Assembly: GCA_963803925.1 (NCBI GenBank)
Contig: CAWDOM010000003.1
Span: 21,216 to 85,215 of the forward strand
DNA: 64,000 nt
From: an uncultured Actinomycetota bacterium
GTDB taxonomy: Bacteria; Actinomycetota; Thermoleophilia; RBG-16-64-13
Reading direction: 5' to 3'
Within the stretch, counting starts at the first letter, position 1, and every line of letters begins with the position of its first letter. A program made the position numbers and the translations under genes. Shown here piece after piece: positions 47,644 through 57,800 of this stretch. The notes under the pieces are model-generated. The model ran no database searches and was not told where the DNA came from. It worked only from the letters and a program-made list of their open reading frames with translations.

Positions 47644-50600
47644 CTAGGGCGCGATCAACGTCCCCGTGATGTCGAGGGCGTCAAGGTTGACGTTGTTGCC
47701 GTAGCTCAATACGTTGCGGGTACCGGTGTACTCGATGACCAGTGTATGGACTCCGGAACCCAACCCCGTTCTCGTATACACCGCCTTCTGATACAACGTT
47801 CGCGCTGAGTAGAGGTCCACGTAGGTCACTACACCATCGAGCGTGACCTTCGCGCGGCCCCACGTGTTGCCGACGCTCGCGATGTAGCTCACATCCGACC
47901 CGGTGAAGCGAGCGGTGACCTTGCTGCCCGAGTACTTCGCGTACTTGTACATCAGACCGGAAAGTGACGAACCACTGGAAGTAGTCCATGTTCCGGCATA
48001 CGTGAGGTAAGCGTGGTTCTCCTCATAGCGGACGGTTCCGCCGCTCTCAGCCGCGAATGTCGCGGTGACGCTCTTGTTCGCGTTCATTGTGATAGTAAGC
48101 GGGTTCACAGTGCCGCTCGCACTGCCGCCCCAGCCCATGAAGACGTAGCCGTCGGCCGGCACGGCGGTCAGAAGCACCGTCGCTCCAGACGTGTAGCTCG
48201 GCAGGTCAGGGTTCACGGTGATAGATCCGGTGGAGGCGCCCGAAGTGACCGAAGTGCTGAGCGTGTACGTGGTCGGACTCGTTGATGTGAAAGTCGCTGT
48301 GATGCTCTTATTCGCGTTCATCGTAACGGTGAGCGGGTTGGTCGTGCCGGTGGCGCTGCCGCTCCAGCCCGAGAAGACGTAGCCGACACCAGGAGTCGCT
48401 GTGAGCACGACCGTGGCCCCGGATTCGTAGGCCGGCAAGTTGGGCTCGCGACTCACCGACCCGCTGCCCGACACGTTCGTGGTCAGCGTGAAGGTGGTGA
48501 CCGGCGACGTGAGCGTGCCCACGATGTCGAGAGCGTCGAGGTTGACCGTGTTGCCCCGGCTCAGGCCGCTCCTCGTACCGGTGTGCTCGATGATCAAGGT
48601 ATGCGGACCGTCGGTGAGACCTGAGGCGCTCCAGACCGTCTGCTTGTACTTCGTAACCGAGCTATACAGGTCTACGTACGAAACCGCGCCGTCGAGAGTC
48701 ACTTTGGCGATGCCATAGCTGGTGGTGGTTCTCGCGATGTAGCTCACCGAGGTGCCGGTGAACCTCGCGGTGACCGACGAGCCCAGCGTGTTGGTATACG
48801 CGAAACTATTCCCCGAGTAGCTCGAACTGGTGCTCGTCCGCCACGATCCCGTGTAGGCGAGACTCGAGTTGTTCTGTTCGTATCGGGTCGCGCTGGCACT
48901 GCTCTGCGAGAAGGTGGCCGTGATGGTCTTGTTTGCGTCCATGGTCACGACCAGCGGGTTGGTCGTGCCGGTCGCGCTTCCGCTCCAGCCCGCGAAGCTG
49001 TAGCCGCTGGCCGGAGTGGCCGTGAGAGTCACGGTGCTCCCTGACGCATAGGTACTCTGGTCGGGGTTGCGGGTGACGGTGCCACTCCCGGAGGTCAGCG
49101 TGGTCAGAGTGTAGTTCGTGGGTGTCGAGCCGCCGGAGCCCGTGTAGGCCTTGAGACAGACGTTGACTCCAGTGATGCCATCGCTGGCGAAGGCATTGCT
49201 TATGTCGGTCCACGTGGAGCCGTTCGAACTGATGTAGCTTTGGCCAGTCGTTCCGCCGGCCTGCGGCGAGTAGCTGGCGTCGGGGTACTCGATGGCGATG
49301 GGACTGGTCGTGCCCGTCGTGTAGGTCAGCTTGACGGCAACGACGAACTGCTGCCCACTCGTAATGCTCACGGGAGTGGGCAGGGCCACCGTGTGATAGC
49401 CCATGTAGGGCATGCTGCCGCTCGTGCGCAGAGTCTTGCCGACGAGCGACGAGCCAGTGAAGTATGAACCCGTGTAGACCTCATACGAGACATTGGGGCT
49501 CAGCGTGTAGAAGCCGACCGCTGCCACTGAAGAAGTCGACTGGGCCGTGAAGACGTTGGCGAACCAACCCGTAGGGTTGTTGTACCAGGTGTAGCCGACC
49601 ATGCCCAACGGATCGTATTGGTATATTCCCGAGTAATTGGTCACCGGCTCGGTATCGCTGAATATGGCCATCTCGTCGGTCCGGCCGAACCGGGTGTCGT
49701 AGTACGAGACCCAGAAGTAGCCCGCGTTGCCCCACGATGTTCCCCAGCTGTTCTTGACGAGAAAGGCCCCGTCGGCAGCCGGAACGGTCGCGAAGTTGGT
49801 CCTCGAATAGTCGTCATCCCAGCCGACGATCAGGACCGCGTGGTTGGTGCCCGCCGAGCCGTTGTAGTAGAAGCTGGCGTTCGCGGAGTTGAAATACGAG
49901 GCTGTCGAATCCGGCCAGTGCATGGCCACATAGACGCCGCCGTACTGCATCACGGCATTCTTGACGTTCTCGTTGTCGGTCGCTGAGCCGCGGGCCGGCA
50001 GCCAATTGACTTCTTGGACGTGCTTGTCGGCGCTCAGGCCGGATGGGGTGATCGCGTCTCCGTAGGCGTCGTCGCTTTCGTCTACGGGGCCGGCCCACCG
50101 GGCCAGATACGCCGTGGACATATAGAAGTTGCCGCCTGTGTTGTAGCGGGTGCTCGTGCTCGCGGAGGCCGCCCAGAACCCGCTCTGAAGCGCGAGGTTG
50201 TCCTCGGAGTAGTTCTGGGTCTCGCCGGGCAGCAGGCACGACTCCAGAGAGCCGTACGTGGCGAACGCCCAGCAGGTGCCCAGACTCCCCTGGTTGCGCA
50301 CTGCCGTGACCCGGCCGTAGTCGCGCAGGTCGTAGCTCGCCGGCGCCGCGGTAGTCAAGCCCTTGGGCTCAACCCGCATCCCCCGGGTAAACGAAAGGTC
50401 GACCAGCGACGGCGCGTAACCCAGCCATCGGCCTTCGCTCGTGCGCATGGAGGCCGTGCCCCGGGTGAGCGCCTGCAGAAAGTCGAGGTACGCACTCGAG
50501 GCGGGGGCGAGGGTCGCCGTGGCCTGAGAGGTCGAGGTCGCCGCATTCGCCTGGCCGGCGAGGCCAAGCAAGAGAGCCACAAGCAGCAGCGCTACAAGCG

Positions 50601-50649
50601 CCAGCGCGACCGCCGCCCTCCCCGCATGACGTCTGACTGAGATCTCCAT
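47644..50649 (-). CDS. Secreted papain-like (C1A) cysteine protease with lectin-like domain, 3 InlB B-repeat-like units and 2 CBM-like domains
   Basis: VRNQGSLGTCWAF, NHAVLIVGWDD, VKNSWG, YFWVSYYD, YQYDPLG; 3x G.TV.LTA.P..GY.F.GW.GSA.GT.NPL..TM.ANK..TATF; 2x RYE.N...L.Y.G.W...NLDALDI. Confidence 0.92.
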   Translation of the reverse strand: MEISVRRHAGRAAVALALVALLLVALLLGLAGQANAATSTSQATATLAPASSAYLDFLQALTRGTASMRTSEGRWLGYAPSLVDLSFTRGMRVEPKGLTTAAPASYDLRDYGRVTAVRNQGSLGTCWAFATYGSLESCLLPGETQNYSEDNLALQSGFWAASASTSTRYNTGGNFYMSTAYLARWAGPVDESDDAYGDAITPSGLSADKHVQEVNWLPARGSATDNENVKNAVMQYGGVYVAMHWPDSTASYFNSANASFYYNGSAGTNHAVLIVGWDDDYSRTNFATVPAADGAFLVKNSWGTSWGNAGYFWVSYYDTRFGRTDEMAIFSDTEPVTNYSGIYQYDPLGMVGYTWYNNPTGWFANVFTAQSTSSVAAVGFYTLSPNVSYEVYTGSYFTGSSLVGKTLRTSGSMPYMGYHTVALPTPVSITSGQQFVVAVKLTYTTGTTSPIAIEYPDASYSPQAGGTTGQSYISSNGSTWTDISNAFASDGITGVNVCLKAYTGSGGSTPTNYTLTTLTSGSGTVTRNPDQSTYASGSTVTLTATPASGYSFAGWSGSATGTTNPLVVTMDANKTITATFSQSSASATRYEQNNSSLAYTGSWRTSTSSSYSGNSFAYTNTLGSSVTARFTGTSVSYIARTTTSYGIAKVTLDGAVSYVDLYSSVTKYKQTVWSASGLTDGPHTLIIEHTGTRSGLSRGNTVNLDALDIVGTLTSPVTTFTLTTNVSGSGSVSREPNLPAYESGATVVLTATPGVGYVFSGWSGSATGTTNPLTVTMNANKSITATFTSTSPTTYTLSTSVTSGASTGSITVNPDLPSYTSGATVLLTAVPADGYVFMGWGGSASGTVNPLTITMNANKSVTATFAAESGGTVRYEENHAYLTYAGTWTTSSGSSLSGLMYKYAKYSGSKVTARFTGSDVSYIASVGNTWGRAKVTLDGVVTYVDLYSARTLYQKAVYTRTGLGSGVHTLVIEYTGTRNVLSYGNNVNLDALDITGTLIAP

Positions 50650-50724
50650 GGGCTCTCCTTCTGGTGCTGCGGCTGAAGAGCAGCCACTGTTGTCTTCTTG
50701 GGGCGTCAAGACGCCTCAAGAGTG

Positions 50725-50752
50725 TTATCGGCAAAGATTTACGTTACCTTGC
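50725..50752 (-). promoter_or_regulatory. Putative sigma-28-type promoter
   Basis: Minus strand GCAAG-N15-GCCGATAA upstream of the protease gene. Confidence 0.55.
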
Positions 50753-52265
50753 GCAAAATATTGCACAGAGCGTAGACCATCTTGGCCGCCTGGCCACGGG
50801 TCGCGGTGCTGTAGGGGTCGAACAAGTGTGCCGCCTTGCCCGAGATGATGCCGTTGAAGTATGCGGTCGCCACGGCCGTGCGGCCGTAGGCAGGCACGTC
50901 GGTGAACGGGGCCGAGTAGCCGCTGGGAGGCGCGGGCAGATCGTCACCGCCGGCCCTGACCAGCATCATGGCCAGCTGCAACCGCGTGATCTTCTTCGTC
51001 GGGGCGAACGTGCGATCGCTATAGCCGTTGATGATGCCTAGAGCACAGGCTTCTTCGATGAAGTCGAACGGATACGGATCGCCGTAGTAGCGAACATCGA
51101 CGAACGACGGCGCTGCCGCGTTGTCGACGACTTGGGTATGCTTGTCGAGAGCGAGGACGACCACCTTGGTGAACTGAGCCCTGGTGAGAGCCGAGCCAGG
51201 CCTGAAGAGACCGTCGTCGTAGCCCGAGAGGATTCCTGCGCCGCTCAGCGCCGTGACCGCCTCGTAGAACGGCGAACCGGCCGGAACGTCACGGAACCGC
51301 GTGGCAGGCACCGTCGTGTTCGTGGTGCTCGTGGTGTTCGTCGTGGTTGTCGTGCTGATCGAGGTCGTCGTCGTTGTAGCGGCAGTAGTAGTCGTCGTCG
51401 TCGCACTCGTGGACGTCGTGGTGGTCACCGAAGAGCCAGTCACAAAGACCAGGCACGTGGCCGTGCCCATGTTGCCGGAAGTGTCGTAGGCCCTCACCTC
51501 GAGAGCGCACTCACCGTTAGGCGATGTCGCGCTGTTCCAGACGATCGCATACGGACTCGCCGCGTCGGACGCGACGAAGCCTCCGTTCGCATACAACTCC
51601 ACCCGGTTCATCCCCCGGTTGTCGTTCGCCGACACCGACACCGTCACCGAGCCTCGCGCCTCGGAGCCTGGCGTTGGCTGCAAGATGATGACGTTGGGAG
51701 GAGTCGTGTCGGGTGGCAACGTACTGCCGTTCTCATGGGCAGTCCCGTCGAGGTAGCTGCCGAAATCGGTCGTCCAGTAGGTGCCCATGGACGTTCCGGA
51801 CATATCAACCAGTCCGACGCCGATCACCTTCCACTTGCTGTCGAGCATGTTGAGGTTGTGCGCGTACGAATCCTTCCAGGCCTTGAGCACTGTGGCCGGC
51901 GTGTCGTACCCGGCCGCGATGTTCTCGCCCGTCCACGTGCCCGACGGGTAGCCGCACGCGACCATGCGCTCGCTGGGTTTCGATTGAGCGAGGAACCAGT
52001 CGGATGCCACGGTGTAGTGGGAGAAGAACTCGTACGTGGCCATGTCGTGGCTGTGCTTCTCGGCGGAATCGGACAACACATCCGACACCAGCAGACGATC
52101 GAGTCCGTAAGAGGCGCGATACTCGTTGATGAGGCGCACGATCTCGATCTCGCGGGCGTCGTACGAGACGGCGCTGGCCCGCCCTGGGAAGGCGAAGCAT
52201 GGTCAGCGCGAGCAGCAGGACCAGCCCGAAAAAGGCTGCCCCCCGGCGTACGTTCTTACAAGTCA
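50739..52265 (-). CDS. CAP + Ig-like + Thr-rich linker + SLH secreted protein (frameshift at about 52197 in the signal peptide; start approximate)
   Basis: LINEYR, HSHDMA..FFSH, GENIAAG, YWTTDFG; DTTPP...AYDTSGN; poly-Thr; SLH LTRAQFTK, ITRLQLA, ATRGQAAKM; hydrophobic leader in the adjacent frame. Confidence 0.85.
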
Positions 52266-52285
52266 GCTCAGGTACCTCGGTTCGT

Positions 52286-54715
52286 CTACTCAGCCACCAC
52301 GTTGAACGTAGCGCTCTTGGTCACGTTGTAGCGTGAGTTGGTGTCGGTCACAACGATCCATATACGGTAGGCGCCCCACGTGAGGGTGTCGCCGGCGCTG
52401 TCCTTCGTGAGAGAGGCGTTGCCAGTCCACGAGGTGGCGCTGTTGCCGAGAAGCTCTACAGCATCGTGCAGCGCGAACTCGAGGAAAGTCACGTCGTGCG
52501 GCAGGATGTAGACCTCCTGCTTGACGATATCGGGCGAAGTGGAAAGCACCCAGATGGCGCCGAAGTCGTAGCCGTTGACGCCGGCGTGCGCCTCGTCGGA
52601 GTCGGCAGCGACGAGCGAAGTCACGGGCGGCGGCAGCTCGTAGGCGACATCGTCGATGGTGAACTGCCCCGATTCCGCATAGGCGGTGTGGCCTAGCTCA
52701 TCGCCCACGAGCGGGCCTGCCTGGTCACGCGCCGTGATGCGAATGTGCACGTGCGTCTTGTCGAGGGTGACCTCCGGAGTGGTCCAGTCGAACCGCCCGT
52801 CGTTGGGCGTGCCATCGGCCCCGGGAATACTGACCCACACCGGCGAGACGATCGACCCGTCGAGCGTGTACTCGATCTTCACAGTGGCCGGCGGCGTCAC
52901 GTCGCTGAGAGTCCACGTGATGGCGACCAGCTGGTTCTCCTGCAGCACCTGGCCCGCGGTCGGGGTCAAGATGGTCACTACCGGCGCGCTCCAGTCGACG
53001 ACGATCTCCTGCGTCACCCCCGCCGCGTATGAGCCGCCGTTCATGAGCTCGGTCGCGTTCCCCATGAGATCGGTGGCCTTCGCGGCGAGAATGTAGCGAC
53101 CCTCCGGCAGAGTGAGGGTGCCCCAGCTCGCGGCGTAGTCGGCTGTGGCGTCGGTCGAGATCAGGGTGAAACCGGCCCAGGTGGTCGGCTTGGTCTGCGA
53201 CCACGGCGCGTAGTAGAACTGCACCGAGGCGACACCGCTCGCCTGCCCTGTCGTCGACGGATCGACGGCGGTGGCCGTGAACGTCGGCGTGGGGTCTTCG
53301 GTGTAGAAGATGCCGGTGGCGACGGGTGACGTAATGGCCACCGCCGGACCGGTGGTGTCGACCGTGGCCTCGACAACGGCGGAGATGCGCTGATTGCCCG
53401 CATTGTCGGTGGCGGTCACCCTGAACTGATACTGGCCGTCTGTCAGGCCCGAAGAAAGGGTGCCGCTGGTAGGCCAGACCGCCGCGTAGGTGTTGGTGCC
53501 GGTATCGGGCGCCGTATCGATGGAGACGGTCTGCCAGGTGGGTGTCGTCTGCTTCAGCGCCACCTGGAACTCCACCTGCTTCACACCCGTACGCTCGTCG
53601 ATGGCGGTCGCTGTGAAGTCGGGCTTGGTGCCGATGGCTCCGGTCGCCGGCTTCGTCACGGTCGCGATCGGGCCCACGGTGTCGAGGATGAACGTCACCG
53701 GAGCCGAGGCCGCCGAGACGAGTCCGTTCTCATTCTTCACCTTGGCCGTGAGAGTGTGCGTGCCGTCGGTCAGAGCCGTAGTGAGGTCAGTGTAGAACTT
53801 GCCGGCAGCGTTGCTGGTGTCCTCTATCAGCTTCACACCCGCGTCGTAGATGGCGATCGGACGACCGGCCAGCGTATCGCCCGTGACCTGAGGCGTGGAA
53901 TCGTTGCCGATGTACTGCTTTGACGTGCTGTTGTAGATGACCGTCTTGCTCTCGCCCGGAGTCGCCGCGACCGCCAGGTTGGTCGGCGCGCCTGGCGGAG
54001 TCTTGATGGCATCGGCTTCCGCTTTCACGCGCAGAATCATCGCCGCCGCCTGTGCGCGGATGAGCGTGGAAGCCGGATTGATCTTGCTGTTGGAGCCTTG
54101 AACGATCTTTCGGTAGATAAGGTAGGCGGTGGCCGGCTTGTGGGTGGCGGCCACCTTACCGGCGTCACTGAACGCGTTCAGGTAGAAGGTGCCCTCGGCC
54201 GCGTACCACAGGTCTAACGTACCGTAGTCGCTGACGTCGCCATGGATGGAACTGGTGACATCGATCTCCAGTTTCGACAGGTAGCGGCCCAGGATACTGT
54301 TAGCCTGCTGCCGCGTGATGTTCTGGGTGGGTTTGAAGTAGAGACCGCTGCTCGAGGGGATACCCCCGATCAATTCGGCCGCGTATGCGCCCTCCACGTA
54401 GTCGTAGACCGCATTGCTCGGTATGACATCTTTGAACGTGGCTTGGGCCGGATGGAGCGTGGCGATGTCCAATCCGCTTACCGACATCTTGGCGAACTGA
54501 CCACGGGTCACCGCCAATGTCGGACGAAACGTGCCGTCGGGAAAGCCGTCGGCCACGGTGGCCACGTCGGCCTCGCTGACTCCATAATTCGTGACCCACC
54601 AGGAAGCGGAGGCGTCGGACCATGGGGGCGAGGCGGCTGCGATGCCCGCGAGCGCTACCACAAGGAGGCCGGACACCACAACAAGGGCCAGAAACATCTT
54701 GGCGCTGTGCTTCAT
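52286..54715 (-). CDS. SLH-domain surface protein with tandem Ig-like domains
   Basis: Signal peptide; GFPDGTFRP...VTRGQFAKM, ITRQQA, LIRAQAAAMILR; repeated DT.GP...IT.P / ATD.AGN units. Confidence 0.88.
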   Translation of the reverse strand: MKHSAKMFLALVVVSGLLVVALAGIAAASPPWSDASASWWVTNYGVSEADVATVADGFPDGTFRPTLAVTRGQFAKMSVSGLDIATLHPAQATFKDVIPSNAVYDYVEGAYAAELIGGIPSSSGLYFKPTQNITRQQANSILGRYLSKLEIDVTSSIHGDVSDYGTLDLWYAAEGTFYLNAFSDAGKVAATHKPATAYLIYRKIVQGSNSKINPASTLIRAQAAAMILRVKAEADAIKTPPGAPTNLAVAATPGESKTVIYNSTSKQYIGNDSTPQVTGDTLAGRPIAIYDAGVKLIEDTSNAAGKFYTDLTTALTDGTHTLTAKVKNENGLVSAASAPVTFILDTVGPIATVTKPATGAIGTKPDFTATAIDERTGVKQVEFQVALKQTTPTWQTVSIDTAPDTGTNTYAAVWPTSGTLSSGLTDGQYQFRVTATDNAGNQRISAVVEATVDTTGPAVAITSPVATGIFYTEDPTPTFTATAVDPSTTGQASGVASVQFYYAPWSQTKPTTWAGFTLISTDATADYAASWGTLTLPEGRYILAAKATDLMGNATELMNGGSYAAGVTQEIVVDWSAPVVTILTPTAGQVLQENQLVAITWTLSDVTPPATVKIEYTLDGSIVSPVWVSIPGADGTPNDGRFDWTTPEVTLDKTHVHIRITARDQAGPLVGDELGHTAYAESGQFTIDDVAYELPPPVTSLVAADSDEAHAGVNGYDFGAIWVLSTSPDIVKQEVYILPHDVTFLEFALHDAVELLGNSATSWTGNASLTKDSAGDTLTWGAYRIWIVVTDTNSRYNVTKSATFNVVAE

Positions 54716-54771
54716 GGGGACCAATACTACCAGGACTCTGCGAAATCCTTCAATCTGAGGCCTCCAAACCC

Positions 54772-54805
54772 AAAGAAAAAGGAGGCCCGCCGAAGCGGGC
54801 CTCCT
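54772..54805 (-). terminator. Intrinsic terminator of the S-layer gene
   Basis: Minus strand AGGAGGCCCGC-TTCG-GCGGGCCTCCT followed by TTTTCTTT. Confidence 0.88.
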
Positions 54806-54853
54806 CGCAGATTCAGCTGGCGCCGAACCTTACTTGCGGTCTGAGGTCATCGA

Positions 54854-57800
54854 CTAGAAGACCTCGACCATGTCCCAAACCCAGTTCGGGACCTCGTCGG
54901 TGTTGCTGCTGTTGCTGGCGTTGACGAAGAAGTACTCGCCATCGATCCAGGTGTGCAGGTTGGTGCTGATGCTCATGTCGTTCGGAGCCACGAAGACACC
55001 GCTACCAAGAGCGCCCGCAACGTTGCCACCCGGGTTGAGGTACGGCTTCAGGGTCTTGCCATCCCATCCAGCGTCGTCAGCGTCGGTGCCGAAGACGTAG
55101 ACCTTCTGCTCGCCGTTGTAGGCGGCAACGAGATCCCAGTCGCCGGCTTCGTCGACGTAGATCCACTGGATGTACGCGTAGTTAGACATCTTGCCTTCGG
55201 CGGAAGCGAAGATCTTCTCAACGCCCCAATCGCCTTCGACCAGATCGTCATAGTACACGGCGAACGATACCTGGCCATTGCCGTCGGTGGTCTGGGGAGC
55301 CAGATCCTCGAACAGCATGGTCAGGGTGCCCTCCATCTGGGCGCCGAAGACACCGTACTTGTCGACGTCAGTCAGGCTGACCTCGACGTTGGGCATCGGA
55401 CGACCGAACTGGTCTTTGACCGTGGCTACGAGAGTCTGGTCTTCAACACCAGCGATCGCGTAGTCGGTGGCCGGAGCCAGTGTGATGGTGGAAACAACAG
55501 GCACCTGCCAGATCTTGTGGACCTGGGTGCTCCAGAGGTACGCACCTTCCTGCACCAGTCCGTCGGCCGGCGCGTAGACCATCACGCGGAGGATCGACTT
55601 GTAGTGAGTAGCCGGGAGGTACGGAGCCCTCAGCGAGCTGGATGTCGATGTTGCTACCGGTGAGCAGGTTCGGAATGATTTCGAGGGCAATGGGCTCCTG
55701 CCTGCCACTCGCGATGTAGCCATCGAGCGTCCAAGCCTTAGCACCATCGGTGGCGAGACCAACGAGACCCGGCTCAGCGGTGGGATCACCGAAGAAGCCG
55801 TCGACGTAGCCGTCGAAGCCGTCGAACATCAGATCGAAGCTGGGCCACGGCGACGGCCACGTGTAGCCGTACCAGGCCTGATCAGCCGGAGCGTAGTAGC
55901 CACCGAAGCCCATGCCGGCAACGCGGGTCCACCAAGTCGGGACACCGGGCTGGCCAGCGTCGGTGTCTTTCTCGCTACCGAGCCACTGGTTGAAGAAGAA
56001 CGCCTCGGTCCGGTTGTCGCCCACGATGTAGGCGTACGGGTCGGACAGCGGATGAGGCTCATCGGCGTCCGGACGCGCCGTTCTGATCGTAGTAGCCGGC
56101 AAGCGGGCTGAAGTTCTCAGCGAACGGATTGTCGGAACTATTCGCGGGCAGCCAGTTCTCGTCGTCGAGGTCAACAAGATACGCGAACGGGATGCGGGTA
56201 TTGAGGGCGTTCTGGCTTCCGGCCAGCCACTCGTCGATGTTCTCGAGCAAGTAGACGACCTCATAGTCGGGCAGGTCGTTGCCGTAGGCATCTTTCACAT
56301 GAACTTCGACATGAGCGGAGTTCAGCTCGAGATCCCAACCGCCGTCACCGTCGGACACGATGTCCCAACCCGGGTTGGTGGCGTCGGCAAGCTTGCCGGC
56401 CTTGTTGGTGGCGACCTTGATACCGTCGATCCAGATCTCAATAGTGACGTCGGTGGCGGCACCAACAGCACCGGCGATCCAGTTCTTCTTCGCGTAAGCG
56501 GTGAGAAGCTCAGGACCGTCGTGCGGGTTACCAGCCCAGTCGACGACTGCCTTGATGGTCTCCGGGCCCTTGACGGTGGAGGTGACGGTGACACTGGCTT
56601 TACCAGCGGCATCGGTCACGGCCGTGGCGGGCGAGAAGGAACCAACAGAGGCGGTGTCAGTACCGGCGAAGTTGTTGAGAACCGAGAGGGTCCACGGCAT
56701 GTCGAGGCCCCACGCGTTCAGGTTACTGAAGTTAGCACCGAACTCGTTAGCCTTGCTGAAGGCGATCGTCTTGCCTTCGAGAGGCAGATAGATGCCGGGC
56801 AGGTTATCGGCGGTGGCGAGACCCGGGATTGGGCCCCAGTCGAACAGTTCTTTGAACGCGTTGTCGTTGTAGTCGTACATGGTGTACGCACCCTCATAAG
56901 AGAGAGTGAGCCACTGGCCGGCTACCTTGACCTTCGCGGTACCGCGCTCATCGTAGCCATTGTAGTTGTTGGCTTCGATGATGCCGTTGAGGTCTTCGTC
57001 GAACGGCAGATCGCCGGGCATCCACTCGTACCACAGCTTGATCTTGTTATCCCAGTACCAGTTGAAGCCATCGCCCGACGGGTACATGAGGATACCGCCG
57101 AAGTATGCGGCGTCTTTCCAGTTGATGATGCCGTCATACGACGAACCGGTGTAGTCGGAGTCGATGAACGAAGTCTGTCCATCGGGCTCGTCGGTGGTCG
57201 GGTCGTACTCGAGCTTCAGGCCGTAGACATACAGGTTGAACGTATGCGAGGTGTTGACGTCGTTCTCAGCAACAGCCTCGTTGTTCTCGACCCAGAAGTA
57301 GTCCTCAAAGTCGTAGTCCCAGACCCACTCGCCGACGGTGGTGATGTCGTCGAACGTAGCGATGTCGACGTCGAACCACTGGACTTCAGCCGTGTAAGTC
57401 AGGAAGGTGCCTTCCGCGCCGCCGGTGCCCTTGTCGCGCACCTTGGCATGGATGATCTGCTCGCCCGCGTCATAGGACTTGACGAACAGGGTGGCCTTAC
57501 CGTGCGAGTTGGTTACATCGAAGTCCTTGTTGTTGGCGGCAACGTCCTTGTCGGAGGTGTCGCCAGCGTCATCGGTCTGGAAGAAGCCGACGCCCTGCAT
57601 GAACCACTCGACGTACTTGCCGGCAACCGGGTTGCCGTACACGTCGGTGAGGGTGACAGTGAGGATAAGTTCTTCACCGATGTTCGGATCGGAGTAGGCC
57701 GGGGTGATCGGGCCTGCCGCGCCACCGATGGTGTGCGAGATCCAGGTCTTAACGAAGAGCGCGGCGAGAGCCGGCTGATCGTCCCAGTCGTAGTCGTGCC

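Noticed and set aside
51310-51430. GTC/GTG/GTA triplet runs here and near 22370-22480 and 59920-60190 as tandem-repeat or contingency loci
   Set aside because: They encode Thr-rich linkers with mixed codons, not pure nucleotide repeats
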